Shown here piece by piece: positions 1-13,138 of a stretch of 64,000 bases of DNA. The translations under genes were made by a program, and so were the position numbers. Numbering within the stretch: the first letter of the stretch is position 1; every line of letters starts with the position of its first letter. The DNA is from Eledone cirrhosa (lineage: Eukaryota), in NCBI GenBank assembly GCA_964016885.1, contig OZ024742.1:184388001-184452000 (forward strand), read 5' to 3'. Below the pieces are notes generated by a model that was not told the DNA's origin, ran no database searches, and was given only the letters and a program-made list of their open reading frames with translations.

Positions 1-29
1 AAGGATACTAAAAAAAACGGAATTGAAAG

Positions 30-300
30 AAACTATGTGAGAAAGATGAGAAATGTTCTAAATATGGTAAACTTAGGTGGTTGAAGGAAAGGTACTTTAG
101 GAGCTCCGAGAGAAATCCTCCATTCAATTTGTGGTAACAGACAGCTACTACCACATCCCATTCCCCATTTACCTCCTGAGATTAAAGAACTTAAAACTAC
201 TGATAAGGGTGTCAAATTTGGATGTAATATTAGAGCTTTTAACTAATCATCTAGCTTTCATATCTTCAGATGTAAGTGATACTAAATAATTAAATCGTAA
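30..300 (+). mobile_element. Degenerate Helitron Rep N-terminal fragment (tentative)
   Basis: Translation fragments KCSKYGKL...LPPEIKEL...KFGCNIRAFN*SSSF resemble the Helitron C..GKV.L...PP..L...F..NIR.YNS..AF motif. Stops present. Confidence 0.4.
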
Positions 301-426
301 ACCATTAGGAGTGTATACACATATAATAGATAGTCTTCTATTAATTACCTTCATATTTAATTGCTTCTACAGATCAGAAACCACAACTTGCAGCAGTTTC
401 CAACAATATATATATATACACTGCCA

Positions 427-946
427 CGCTTTCAAGGGTGGGACGGGTCCTTTTCAACAAACCATCTCTCCATTCGTCACAGTCCCTTGTCATCTCCTCT
501 GTGAGCTGAATCGATCTGAGGTCAGCTCTCACCACCTCTGCCCATGTTTTTCATGGTCTTCCCGCCACTAGGATTTCTTGGCACTTCTTCACCCAGTGGT
601 CATTTTCCATGCGCATCACATGGCCATACCAACGCTACAGTTTATCCCTCTTATAGTTTCACTCTCAACTCGGCTATGCTTGGTTGTTCACACACATTAA
701 CATTGCACATCCATTGAAGCAAGCATGCTTCATTTCTCTCCAGCTGTTGCATATCCTCTGCAGTTGCTACCCATGTCTCACTACCGTGCATCTCACACAA
801 GCATCATATAACCGACCTTTCGTTCATAGGGAGAAACCATTCATTGTCATCAGAAGAAGCAGCTCCCTAAACTTCTTCCATCCTTATTCTAGATACTATG
901 GCCTCGGAGCATCCTCCTCCCTTGCTAATCTGATCATCTAGGTACA
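427..946 (-). mobile_element. RTE-clade LINE 3' fragment
   Basis: Homologous to the RTE copy at 30706-31810 (RT C-terminal region and 3' tail); degenerate. Confidence 0.85.
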
Positions 947-984
947 AAGATTGTAGGCTTTATATGTAGCAGTTGCACCGGGAC

Positions 985-1625
985 AGTAAGCAGCAAACAA
1001 CCACAGGAAACAAGCACTACCAAATTCTGGGAAGGCTCTGTAGAAACAGTAGACAGTTTCTGCTACCTAGGTAACTGAATTAGCAGTGGAGGTGGGTGTT
1101 CTGAAAGTACAGTAGCCAGGGTAAGAACGGGATAGAAGTTCAGAGAGGTACTACCACTGCTAGCTGCAAAAGGCTTTTCCCTCAAAATGAAAAGCAGACT
1201 GTATGATGCGTGCATACGAATAGTAATGTTACATGATAGTGAAACCTGAGCGTTGTGTGTAGAAGACTTGCGTAGATTAGAAAGAAACAAAGCTTGCATG
1301 CTCTGATGGATGTATAATAGTAATATATGCGAATGAAAAAGCATAAATGAATTGAGAAAGAGACTAAGCATAAAAGGAATCAAATGCTGTGCAGGAGAGG
1401 AGGTTGTGTTGGTATGGACATGTGATGCATATGAAGGATGACAGCTGCATAAAAAGGTGCAGAGCACTAAAAGTTGATGGAAGCCATGGAGTGGGAGACC
1501 CATGAAGACCTGGGATGAGGTGATAAAAGCTGACCATGCCCTATTGCACCTCTCAAAGGCAATGACACAGGACCGAAACCTCTGGCATTACGCAGTAATA
1601 CAGAAGACCCGACTTCCCATGGGTA
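985..1625 (+). mobile_element. RTE-clade LINE 3' fragment (subfamily like 56524-57990)
   Basis: Encodes VDSFCYLG...GGCSESTVARVRTG...KGFSLKMKSRLYDACIR...WYGHVM with stops. Confidence 0.85.
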
Positions 1626-1669
1626 CAAGCCAAAGCTGAAGCATATAGACAGTATGCCCCCCTCCCCTC

Positions 1670-1918
1670 TTACTGTAAAGTGGTCATGTAGGTCTCACGA
1701 CAAAAATCACCCAGTCCACACTGTAAAGTGGTCGTGTAGGCACCACAGTAAAAAAGCAGCCAGTACTCACTGTAAATGAGGTTGGTGTTAGGAAGGGCAT
1801 CCAGCTGTAGAAATCAAGCCAAAATCAATCTGTATGAGCAAGACATGGTATTGCTTACAAGATAACTCGTCTAACCCATGCTAGCGTGGAAGAATGGATG
1901 TAAAACGGTGATGATGAT
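1670..1918 (+). mobile_element. RTE-tailed SINE-like repeat (further copies near 3490-3770, 10440-10860, 13315-13520, 14470-14655, 18485-18690, 23432-23560, 36700-37082, 44960-45170)
   Basis: Recurrent CACTGTAAAGTGGT...GTTAGGAAGGGCATCCAGCTGTAGAAA...AACCCATGCTAGC.TGGAA...GATGATGATG. The 3' end resembles the RTE tail. Confidence 0.7.
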
Positions 1919-1921
1919 ATA

Positions 1922-3115
1922 TTAGCAGCCTCACGGCCTTCGCCCTGGTCTGTACTGTGTTGAAATCTATTCATAAAGCATCTATCATAATGTCTATTAT
2001 TCTTAGATGTTAAAAGGTATTTAAATATTGCACAACATAATTTTAAAAATTTATTTAGAATATGTAAATACAGAAAGCAATAAAATAATAGATAAATGTA
2101 TTCTATGAAAATTATAAACATTTACAGAACTTCAGTATATACAATGTATTTAACTTTTTTCTTTTGAGCATACATGAAGTTTACAGGCTCTTCCTAGTCT
2201 GGAACAATCTACATACAATTCCATGTGAGAAACAGCCCTCTTCTAGATGGAGACCGATAACCTGGAATGTTTGACCTTGGGACTTGTTAATGGTTATTGC
2301 ATAACTGACTCTCACTGGGAATTACAATCATTTGAAATGAAAGGGATCATCTGTTGGTATTAGTGGCATTCTAGGTATAAATATGTGATATTTCCCTTAC
2401 CACATCCAGTGAAGGATTTTGGCTTCGATAATGTGAGGCTATAGTTCAGTCACAACCATACTTGTCCCATTGCACAATCATGGTTGACCAAGGTTCTTGA
2501 GAAGCATGATGACTGTGCCCTTCTTCGATTCAAGGTTGTGTGGCAGTATACCAGATGGTCCCAGACTGTTGAGAAATTCAATGGGATAATAAACAGCTTC
2601 GTCCTCATCGACAACTTTTTCGATAGATTTACAGGTCTGGCTACCTCCAGGGATCATTTGTGAGAGATTTTGTTGATGGAATTAACTATAATGTTTTTGA
2701 GGGGCAAGATTTGCTCTTTCACAAAGCCACTCCTCAATGAATGAAGGATTTCGAAATTGGGAACATTTAATTAATTAAGCTTACAACGCTTTCCACAACA
2801 GTAGAACATGATGAAGGATTAAAACATCCTTCAGTATCAAGGGATTGCTTTTCTCAAAACTAAACGGCTGAGAGTTGCTTCTCTGTAACTGCAAGTCTCC
2901 CCTCCTCCCTTCCCACCTGTTATTCGCAATGAAGAAATCTCCGAGGCTGGAAAAATCTAAGGGTTGCCCCCCACCCCAATTCCATTTTTGGAAAAGAAGG
3001 CGATTGCAAAGTCAGATTATTTGAAAACACACAGAAAACCTTAATTATTATCAATTTTATTTAGTGTTATTAGCGGTCAACATACAAATAAACTTCCTTT
3101 TTATAAGTATATAGA
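1922..3115 (-). mobile_element. Non-autonomous Helitron with both termini and a PIF1 helicase remnant
   Basis: 5' A|TCTATATACTTATAAAAAGGAAG at 3115. 3' GC-rich subterminal segment then CTAA|T at 1922. Internal IPRMPLIPTDDPF...FPVRVSYAITINKSQGQTF...CFSHG at about 2170-2860. Confidence 0.8.
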
Positions 3116-3168
3116 TATACTGTAGGAATATATAATACAATTACCTTCAAGATAGTGAGTTCATACCA

Positions 3169-3212
<44 letters not shown>

Positions 3213-3817
3213 ATCATCATTTTTATGCCCATATTTCCATGAGTAATGCAAGTCCTTTTCTGTACAGCATCTCTCCAATTGCTTTTTTTCCTTTGTGATA
3301 GTTCACTTTCTTGACATCAGCTTTTATCTCCTCTGCTTTTGTCTTTCTTGGGCTTCCTCTTCCACAGCTTCTTTCCACTTGTAACACTTGCAAATTCTCT
3401 ATTCTAAAAGATTCTCAAACTTACATTGGACATATAGTTCAAGTTAATCAAACTTAACCAATTCCTATTGAATCAAGTCATCAATCATTATTCTACAGCT
3501 GTTTTCCATGTGGGCATGGGTTGGACAGGTTAGAGAGACCATATCTTGTTTATATATTCCATATTGGGCCTTTTTTCTATGACTTGATGCCCATTCTAAA
3601 GAAAACCACTTTACAAAGTATCCTAGGTGCATTTTATCATGACACTAACACTATCACTTTACAAAATATACTGGGTGCATTTTATCATGGAACCAGCACT
3701 ATCACATTATCGTGTACTGGGTACATTTTATCATGACATCAGCACTACCATTTTACAGAGGGTACTGAGTATACATCAACGTACAAATAAAAAGTGCTAA
3801 ATGAAGCTTTATAATAA

Positions 3818-4080
3818 ATAATTGTTTCTATTTTTAGGCACAAGGCCAACAATTACCCAGTACATTACTGGTACTGAAGCTTTATAATAAATAATTGTTT
3901 CTACTTTAGGCACAAGGCCAGCAATTACCCAGTGCATTACTAGTACTTTATTTTATCGACCCCGTAAGGATGAAAGGCAAAGTCAACCTCGGCGGGATTT
4001 GAACTCAGATCGTAAAGGGACATAACTATGCTGGAAAGCATGGCGTCAGACCCTCTACCGATACTGCCAATCCACCACCC
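3818..4080 (-). mobile_element. tRNA-derived SINE with partial 3' duplication (copies at 6117-6297, 15300-15450, 21382-21488, 26606-26783, 45901-45995, 46616-46692; plus-strand copies at 50950-51130, 51144-51350)
   Basis: A-box TGGCAGTATCGG, B-box GAGTTCAAATCC, central GCCTTTCATCCTTACGGGGTCGATAAAAT (resembles a Meta/Sauria-type SINE domain). Flanked by the repeat TTTATAATAAATAATTGTTT. Confidence 0.85.
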
Positions 4081-4265
4081 TTTATAATAAATAATTGTTT
4101 ATGTAGGCTAAACAAAAATAAAAAAATAAAAATCGCAACTAGAAAAATTTTATTGAAAGAATACATACAGTTAACTTAAAGCTGGAATGCTAAAAATGAG
4201 GAATTAATTTCATATCAAAATAACTACATGTGTGTGTGTGTGTGTATGTATATGTGTGTGTGTAC

Positions 4266-4310
<45 letters not shown>

Positions 4311-6297
4311 GTTCAAGAAATGAGAAGACAAACACAGAGATGCAAAAACAGTCTTATATGTTTCACACTTAGGAGGAAGTAAAAGAGAGTTTAATGTTTC
4401 AGACATAAGTCTTTCAGGAAATAGAGAGTTTGGAAAAAACCCCCCAAATTTTGAAGAATGCTGGCGGTGGTAGGCAAGTGTCTGACAATTAAGCCTGGGA
4501 ACTGAGGTGGAGAGTCCAAATGTGTCATAGGTGTTGTTATGTGTGTGGTTTGTGTATCACTGATGGAAGTGCACGTGCATATGTCTATGTATTTTTTATG
4601 TAGTTTGTATGTGTATGTCTGTGTGCATGTATGTTTTTGTATGAGTGTGTGTGTGTGTGTGTGTGTGTGTTTATGTATGAGAGCATGTATATATACACGT
4701 GTCGCACTTTCTTGTATTGTTTGTGTGCACATTTGTTTGTTGTGTATGAGTGTGTAGGTGTGTGTCTGTAGATTCTTCAGACACACACCTATATATACTT
4801 GTACGTGCACACATACATATACCTGTACATACATGTACTCATGTACACACTAGTGAGTCTTTTGTGTGATAGTTGGTCTGTGTATATGAATGGTGTATTG
4901 TAAAGGCCTTGGTCTGTAGTGCTATTTGAGGTCAGAGCAAGGTTCTCTCAGGAAGTGTATAGATGTAACTTATTAATTAGTTGTGCTGGTGTATGTGTTT
5001 TTTCATTTCTATGAGTGTTACTGTCTATGTGAGCATGGGAGAGGGTGTGTTTGTGAAGTATATATATATATATATAAGAAAACTGGTCACATTGGCCACA
5101 CTGGTTTTGTTGTTCTTTATTTTATAGATATCAATGAAAATGCTTACTAATACACAATGTAGCCACAGAGAGTAAAAATTGTCTGAAAGTACTAGTAATT
5201 AAATTAACAATCAAAGCTTAGTAACTACAGATGCTATCAACGTTTTGTTATATATATTTACACATGCATACCTATGAATATTTACACAAAAACTTCAATT
5301 CAGTTAATATGTTGATGGAAACATTTCATTGGCTCACAACCAGAAATTCCTTTACAAGGCAGGTTAAAGTGTTTTAACATCAATTTTGAAAATAGGAGAA
5401 TAATAATAATTATTATATAATGTTATATATGACTCAATGAATAATATTCTGTGCCAAAAGTTAGTGACAATAAAGAAAAGGGGGGTGATTACAGCTTTCT
5501 CTATTCTACAAATATTGAAATAGTTGAATAAAATAATCAAAAATGAAATTAATATGTAGTAAACAAGCAGGCCAACTTTTTCTTTCATCTTTTTGGATGT
5601 TAAATAAAACATCAGTCCATGGTGGTGGATAGTTGGAATTGCTAGAGCATTGGAAAAGTTCTGATTTCACCTGACTGCAAATGGCCAGGGCTAATCACAT
5701 GACCACAGGAACACTTTATCTAGTATAGATAAGTAAGCCTAAATTTAACAAAAATAAACCATATATGGCATACTGATATTTCATCCAGCAATGGTTTAAA
5801 AACAGTTTAATTGTAAATGGAAATCATGTAAGCAATTATTAACCCTTTTGATACCAACTTAGCCAAAACCACCACTGGTTTTATGAAACAAAACCACCCA
5901 TTTTACAATCTTCCAACATAATTTTACATAAGAACCATTTGCTAAGTAATGAAATAATAAAATAATTTTAGTAAATCCCTCAAAAATTCTTAATTAACCC
6001 TTTTAATAAAAATTCAGTTGCAACCAGCTATGGTTCTACAAAACGAAAATATCCCTTTTAAAAAGTTCTTATTTAAATTAAAAACTTCCAACATAATTTT
6101 ACATAAGAACCATATAATAATTGTTTCTACTTTAGGCACAAGGCCAACAATTACCCAGTACATTACTGGTACTTTATTTTATCGACCCCGTAAGGATGAA
6201 AGGCAAAGTTAACCTCAGCGGGATTTGAACTCAAACCGTAAAGGGACGTAACTATGCTAGAAAGCATGGCGTCCAACCCTCTACCGATACTGCCAAT

Positions 6298-6838
6298 ATA
6301 ATAATGGAAGGAGTGCAGGACTGTGTCCTGAATATATTTTTTTTATCCCGTTAGTAAAATAAGTTGAATAAATAAAGAATGAATATTACATAATTTATGT
6401 ACTAAATTTTGTAGCTGTTGATTAAACATAACTATTCTTATATATAATGATTGCTTATTTTAAGGTTCTCACTTCTTTCAAAATTTTCAAATATCAATAC
6501 TTCCGGTTATGATATAATGGACGCTATATCACATATTGCTTATATAAACGTTCATATATTTGCATCGTTATATCATAACATTTATGTTTCTGCCGCTAAT
6601 TTTCTCCTTTTTCATTACATTTCATCGTAATGTAGTTTATATATAATATCGTCTTTTTTAAATGTATCATGGATTACTTTACTGATTACAGAAGATAGTG
6701 TAACACAATCTCTCTTCAATTTCTGTGCATTTTGTCAATTACGATTTTATTTGACGTATCATATCTACATGCATGTATATCGATATGCACACTACACATA
6801 TGAGCAGAAAACCACCCAATGGGTGGTTTTTCTGCTAG
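6298..6838 (+). mobile_element. Probable non-autonomous Helitron-like insert nested in a TTAA MITE
   Basis: Ends with hairpin AGCAGAAAACCACCCA-A-TGGGTGGTTTTTCTGCT running into CTAG|T. Interrupts a MITE whose uninterrupted sequence is seen near 7381. Confidence 0.4.
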
Positions 6839-9565
6839 TTTTAGTAATGAAATAAATAAATTTAATAAATCTCATAAAATTGTTCATTGATATAGTGTAT
6901 TCCATTAGAAATATAATCACAAAAGGATTAAAGAAGGTAAGCAATTGTCATAAATTTTCAATAGCAACATGATAATTCAAATTATTTTACTGTTTGCAAT
7001 TTAGGAACAAACAAGCCATCTCCTTGTCAGACAAATTATGTAGGATATTTTCCAATATCTTTTTCATAATACATTCTGCTTCACTAATTGACTTATACTA
7101 TCTTTTATGTACAATTCAATGGGATCTTCAAATTGGAGAAAAAAATAGAAAACAGAAAAATACCTATTTAAGCTAATTGTTTTCACACAGAATGTCTACT
7201 AAAATGTGACAGAATATGAACTGCTACCTGTGCATTAATATTTACACTGTCAATTTTATAACTCCCACATTCTCCCTCTCTTTACAATAATGATAGAGCT
7301 TCTAACCATTTTTATATCAACCTGGTCAAATCCAGGTCTGGTTCTATGAAACAAAACGACCCATTTTAAAGGGCATAAAAACCATATACTATTTTAGTAA
7401 TGAAATAATTTTAATAAATCTCTCAAAATTTCTCATTATTTAAATGAAATAGAGTGTATTTCATTAGAAATACAGTTCTGAAATGGCTAACATTGCTAAT
7501 TGAAGTGTTTGTCCAACTGATTTAAGTACCATTTCTCAAATTGGTTGATTTATTCTGTTTAACACAAATTTATATAAACTTTTTTAATCTGGTAAGTACA
7601 CACTTATATATTGCTCTCATCTTAACCCTTCTGTTCTCAACCTTGGTACCCTTTTGATACCAACTCATCTGAAAGTGGCCTCGGTTTTATGATGCTAAAC
7701 TGCTCATTTTAATGTGTTTATATTTATTTAAATTAAAACGTTCCATAAGTTTATGTAAGAATATTTTGCTAAGTAATGTTCCAAACATCAGTTTAATAAT
7801 GAAATATATAAGCTAAATTATATTTCTAAATTCCTCCAAAATTTTAATTATTTTCAAAATACACTGAAAGAAAAAGGTAAAAGTGGAAATCCTTAAGCAA
7901 CTGTCTAGCTTAAAGAGGACAATGGTAACTCAAACACCCTTCTATAGTAGTCTTCCTGTCCAACCTACTACCCATTAAATATTCTCAATTTTATTTTTCC
8001 CTTTGCTTTTGAAAATGAAATATGTCAATTGACTATTCACTGTAGAGAGTGGCTCAGGGGTTGATTAACCATTAAGCAAAATAAGCACGTGTTTATTCCA
8101 ATTTATTGTATTTGTCATTTCAAAAACATCTTTTTTACAGATGTTAGACAGGGAAGACACAATAATTTTTTGTGTGATTAAGGCCTCAAAAGGACTTAAA
8201 TTGGTGGTTTGATATTTGAAATCTTTCTAGTTTTAAATGTCACAAACTCAAGAGTATGCTATTTAGCCTACTCTCTGTCTGAAGCCTAAACAAACAAGTA
8301 AAATATCCCATTAACTGAGTAGCTGATAGAAGGCAGAATATGAAACCCCCCACAGTATAAAGATCTGCATCCTACTGTTTATTGTTGATAGTGGCCTTAT
8401 AGCACATAAAATAACATTGCCAAATGCTCAGTTTATTGTTCATTGCTTCACTTCTTTTATATTTGATACATAAAATTACAAAGGGTGAGGCTGACACTGT
8501 CAGGAATAAAGACAATTGAACTGCCCTAGCAACCAGATTCTGGTGCAGTCCATTCAACACCACATACTTTTGGCCCATTAAACACAGCCAGCTTACAAGT
8601 TTTCATTAAATAGCACTGTTGAAGGGCAGCTAAGGATTCTTAATAACAACTTCCATATGAGTTAGCTGTCAGCCATCAGTAGGACCACATGGAAAGGCAA
8701 TTTAAAGTGTAGTAGTATTGACTCAGTACAAACTGTGAGAGATTGAAAGTTTTAAAATAAAATTCAAGGCAAGATAAATACATAGTGGCTATAGTTAAGT
8801 TCAACTGCTAAAAGAACTTGAAACTGTCCCTGGTTTGTTTATATTGATTTAAAATTCTTTCATTATAATTTTATGCAAGAATCTTTTTTTAAGTTATACT
8901 CCAAAGAACAACAGAAAGTTATGTTACTAAGTCCCTCTAAATTGTTGATTATTTTCAAAATTATTTAAAAACAATAAGAAATGTCTTTCATTAGAAATAT
9001 GGTAACCAAAGGGTTAAAGTGCTTCATACTGATAAGTGTTCCATATTTAACTGACAGTATGAAGCACAAGCTGAAGGACACGAAGCTGAATATCAAAAAT
9101 GGAGAGGGCTGGTTGAAACAAACTGGAGTTACCTAAAACCTTTATGACAATTGTGATTCACTATGATCAGAGGGGGAGGCATTCAGCTTTATGTTTCATA
9201 ATTCTTGTTCAGTCAGTCTATACACTGCAGCGGGGCTGAGCCGGAATTCCATATATGTGACAATAGCTTCAACTTCAGACTGTGATAATCATCAATGCAT
9301 TTATTTATGGTTTAATCACATCCTGAACTATTTTTATGTCATAACAAAATTGAATGCAAAACACTGTAGGTCATATTCAATCAATGTTCTGAGCTAATGT
9401 AATTGGGTGTTTATACAATGTATATACTTATTGGTGATATAATTAACATTACAGGTCTAAAGTTCTAATAATTCGTTGCAGATATACATTAATTGGAAAA
9501 CTTTCAGATTAGGATTAATAAAGAGGAAAAAAAAATGCAAAAACAAAAACCAGGGTTTGAGGCTT

Positions 9566-9675
9566 TTAGAAGTTTACTTTGCTGCCACTATCCAACACTT
9601 CCAACTTGTGCAAATATGTTTTGTGATCATATAAGCCATATGTGGGTTCTCTGCTTGGTGTATGTCTCGGACGAA
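9566..9675 (-). CDS. ITM2B: ITM2 terminal coding exon 6 (F-RPRHTPSREPTYGLYDHKTYLHKLEVLDSGSKVNF*)
   Basis: Long poly-T tract + CAG acceptor, phase 1 fits exon 5, TAA stop at 9566-9568. Total CDS 855 nt. Confidence 0.75.
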
Positions 9676-9779
9676 CTGAAAAAAAAAAAAAAAAAAGTGA
9701 GAAATTAATTATTGTTTTTACCGATTCTAAATTAATTCTACAATACAACACCAAACTACAATCAAAACAAGTTTAAATG

Positions 9780-9865
9780 ATCTTTCTGGAGCATAATTGC
9801 CATCTACTTCAATAACTGCTTCCCATTTACTTGGCAAACAATTGATTCCATGTGCAAAATTAATT
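9780..9865 (-). mobile_element. mariner transposase C-terminal remnant in ITM2 intron 5
   Basis: Translates FAHGINCLPSKWEAVIEVDGNY, matching the mariner F..GI..LP.RW..VI...G.Y end. Confidence 0.6.
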
Positions 9866-10174
9866 AAAAATATAATCAGTGATTAATTTTATATCATCCC
9901 AATATATTCATATATATAAATATATAGTTGAGTGTGATTTCATATTACAAAAGAATGAGCCCTTGATATGTAAACATAACATAGATGTATTTTATATATT
10001 TTAGTACATGTTATTAGTAAATAAACTATTAAAAAAAACTGCCTGTTTCAAAGACATGATTCTGAAACTCAAAAGAACCCCTAATAGGGTGAAAGCAGCA
10101 ATTCTTTGCTTAAACTTTAATCTGTAGTACTAATATATATATGTATATATATATACACACACACACACACACAT

Positions 10175-10224
<50 letters not shown>

Positions 10225-11659
10225 ACTTTTCTTTTTCATTTCAACATCTAACTGATTTTGGAAATTTTATTTTTATTTAACTCATAACATTCTGTAATGA
10301 TTTAGCTGAAATTATGAAAAAACAGTTTTGTAAATCAAAACTTATAATGAAGCACTAAACGAAACAAGAGAGGACAGGGTGTTATGAAACAAAACCAAAA
10401 TACTATATTGCAGATTTATTCAACACTGCCAGCATGTCATAATCATCATTATTTTACATTCACTTTCCATGAAGGAATGGGTTTGACAGGTTGTCATGAT
10501 CAGAGACTAGACGGATAGGAGAATCATATCTCTTTCACATGTTCCATTCTTGGCAAGATTTCTATGGCTAGATGCCATTCCCAACACCAACCAATTTAGC
10601 ACCGACACTAGGGAAGTTACTATATCACCAATAAGACTAAAGGCTCCTCTGAACTCTCCGTTGTCTTCACTACTTTGTCAATCACTTTAAAGAGTGTACT
10701 GGGTGTATTCGATTGTGGCACCAGCACTAGGGAGGTTGCTATGTCCCCAGCAAGACAAAAGGATCCTCTGAACATGTTATCTTTCCTTTTTTTCAAACCA
10801 CTTTACAGAGTGTACTGGGTGCTTTTGATGACAACACCAGCACTAAGTGATTTTTGCCAGACTAATGGGCACTTACTACCCTACGTTGTCTTCATTCAAG
10901 GCAATGTTACTAAGTGGGTGACTTAGTTATTCATTTTTGGTAAAATTAAATAGAAAATACAAATACAATGTCAAAAATTGATGAACATTATCCTCATTCT
11001 TGATAACATGGCAGTGGATTGGTACACAGAGAATTAGAGGGAGAAAGTAGCGTAAGAGAGAGCAATAATGAGAGAGACTGACTAAATTGGAATGAAGGGG
11101 TGGTAGAGAGAGGTGTAATGGGAGGTAGACAATGTTGGAGAGAGTAGTTGAAGAGAGACAGTAGTGAGAGTATGATAGGAGAGACAGACTAAATTGGAAA
11201 GAAGGTGTGGCAGAGAGAAGCATAATGTGAGTGAGACACTTTTGGAGAAAGTAGTTGAAGAGAGACAGTTATGTGAGTATGATGGGTGAAACATAGAACA
11301 GAAGGAAGTAATGGTAGCCATGGAGAGTAATTCAACAAACAGGTAGAGTCATTACTTTTCCAAATTGAGAGATCACAGCTGCGATATTATGGACATGTGG
11401 TTAGAATGTCTCAGAAAAGAATTGCTGGACAGATTTTATGAGCAAAATCAACTGACAGGAGACCCAGGGGTAGATCCCAAGTAAGATGGTTGGAAAACAT
11501 CCATGAGCTTGGCTTGTCTAACTTAGGAATCAATTAGAGACAGTAGCTACTAACAGGACCTGCTGGAAGGTGTGTTTGAAGACTCTGCCCCCCTGACCCT
11601 CCCAGGAATAAGTGGGCGAAGAAGAAGAAGAAGAAAAGTAATGACCAAAGAAAACATAC

Positions 11660-11807
11660 AATTTACAAGTTTCTTCAACATATATGTATCGAAACTGCCA
11701 CACTCTCTTTTGACTTGCTGTCCAAGAATGTTGAAATTGTTGATTGCTGGTGTCACAACAGTGTATGTCTGTCTGACAACAGTAGCACGAGGGATGTAGT
11801 AACCATT
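11660..11807 (-). CDS. ITM2B: ITM2 exon 5 (BRICHOS end, NGYYIPRATVVRQTY...LGQQVKRECGSFDTYMLKKLVN)
   Basis: TTGCAG acceptor, GTATGT donor, 148 nt, phase 0-1. G.Y.P and LG......C....TY.L motifs. Confidence 0.92.
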
Positions 11808-11914
11808 CTGCAACAACAAAAACAGTAAAACTAATAGAATCAGTTGGAAATTAGAACAAACTATGGAAGAATTTCTTTTACATGAATATTATCTTTACTC
11901 AATTAGTGACACAC

Positions 11915-13138
11915 TGATACATACCTCCCACCCCTTGTGTACCAAAGATTTAATGGTACATGCTTCCCACCCGTTGTGTACCAAAGACAAACTGATACAT
12001 CTTTGTTGACCTTCCACTCCTTGAGTACCAAACAAAGTACCAGAAAAAGACTGGTACAACATTTACCCTCCACCCCTTGTGTACCAAAGACTTACAGATA
12101 TATCTTTTACCTCCCACTCTTTGTGGGCCCAAAATGTACTGGTACATCTTTTACCTCCCATCCCTTGAGTACCAGAGACTTACAAGTGTAGAAGTGTGTC
12201 TTTTACCTCCCACCCTTTGAGTGCCAAAGACATACTGGTACATCCTTTACCTCCCACCCTTTGTGTACCAAAGACACACAAGTACAGGGTTTCTCAACCT
12301 CTTTTCAGCCAATGTCCCCTTTGGGCGCAAACTGTTTTGTCAACGCCTCTCTATCAAATCAAATTTCAAATAAGATACTGAATTAATAAGACTTATCTGG
12401 TGTATGGCCACAGTTCAAATGGGTACAAAACCTAAAACAAATGTGTGTGTGTGTGGTTGGGCCTTTAATCACCAGGCGTCAATTTAAGTTCAATCACAGA
12501 AAGGAATTTAAAACAGCAACACACTCGCATACACGCAATCATATACATACAAACATACACAAACACATACATATCAGCCACTCCCAAAAGCCAGTTTCAT
12601 CCAAAATTCTGACCACCGTTCTTTATATATTTGCACACAAATACACATTCAGCTTCTCGCTTTTATTCATTGTTTGTTTTTTATCCTTTTAGTCTGTCAC
12701 CATTCATGTTTTTTGTTTTGGGGGTTTCACTTTAGCAACACCAGCTACACATGGGGCCAAGAGTTCACTTGGTGTCACCAAAGTGAAAAAAGTATTTAAA
12801 AAATTTTTTTAAATTTGAAAGAAAAAAAAAAATGGATAAATGCCCATCCCCCACCTGAGTATATCCATCTCCTCCTTTCAACACAACAGTGCCCACATTG
12901 GGAAACACTGCACTAGTATGTCATTTACCTCCCACCTCTTGAGTGCCAAAGACATACTGGTACATCCTTTACATCCAACCCCTTGTGTACCAAAGACACA
13001 CTAGTATGTCATTTACCTCCTACGTCTTGAGTGCCAAAGACATACTGGTACATCCTTTACCTCCCACCCCTTGTGTACCAAAGACACACTAGTATGTCAT
13101 TTACCTCCTACGTCTTGTGTGCCTAAGACTTACTGGTC
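11915..13138. repeat. Minisatellite (~46 bp unit, TTTACCTCCCACCCCTTGTGTACCAAAGACACACTAGTA...) split by a hAT MITE
   Basis: More than ten diverged units on both sides of 12285-12910. Confidence 0.85.
12285..12910. mobile_element. hAT (Charlie-like) MITE
   Basis: TIRs CAGGGTTTCTCAA / TTGGGAAACACTG; 8-bp TSD CACAAGTA / CACTAGTA. Confidence 0.8.

Noticed and set aside
3960-4080. tRNA gene suggested by A/B boxes
   Set aside because: No cloverleaf; it is the head of a multi-copy SINE.
4391-4834. 147-aa and 72-aa ORFs
   Set aside because: (GT/CA)n low-complexity translations.
8370-9310. ITM2 polyadenylation signal
   Set aside because: Several minus-strand AATAAA candidates (about 9300, 8432, 8378) in AT-rich DNA; cannot choose without 3'-end data.
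10060-10110. Hammerhead-like ACCC-CTAATA-GGGT-GAAAGC (similar at about 62635-62660)
   Set aside because: The CUGANGA box and stem I cannot be formed; too decayed to call.
11915-13138. CRISPR-like regular repeats
   Set aside because: No unique spacers, eukaryotic intron, no cas genes; it is a minisatellite.
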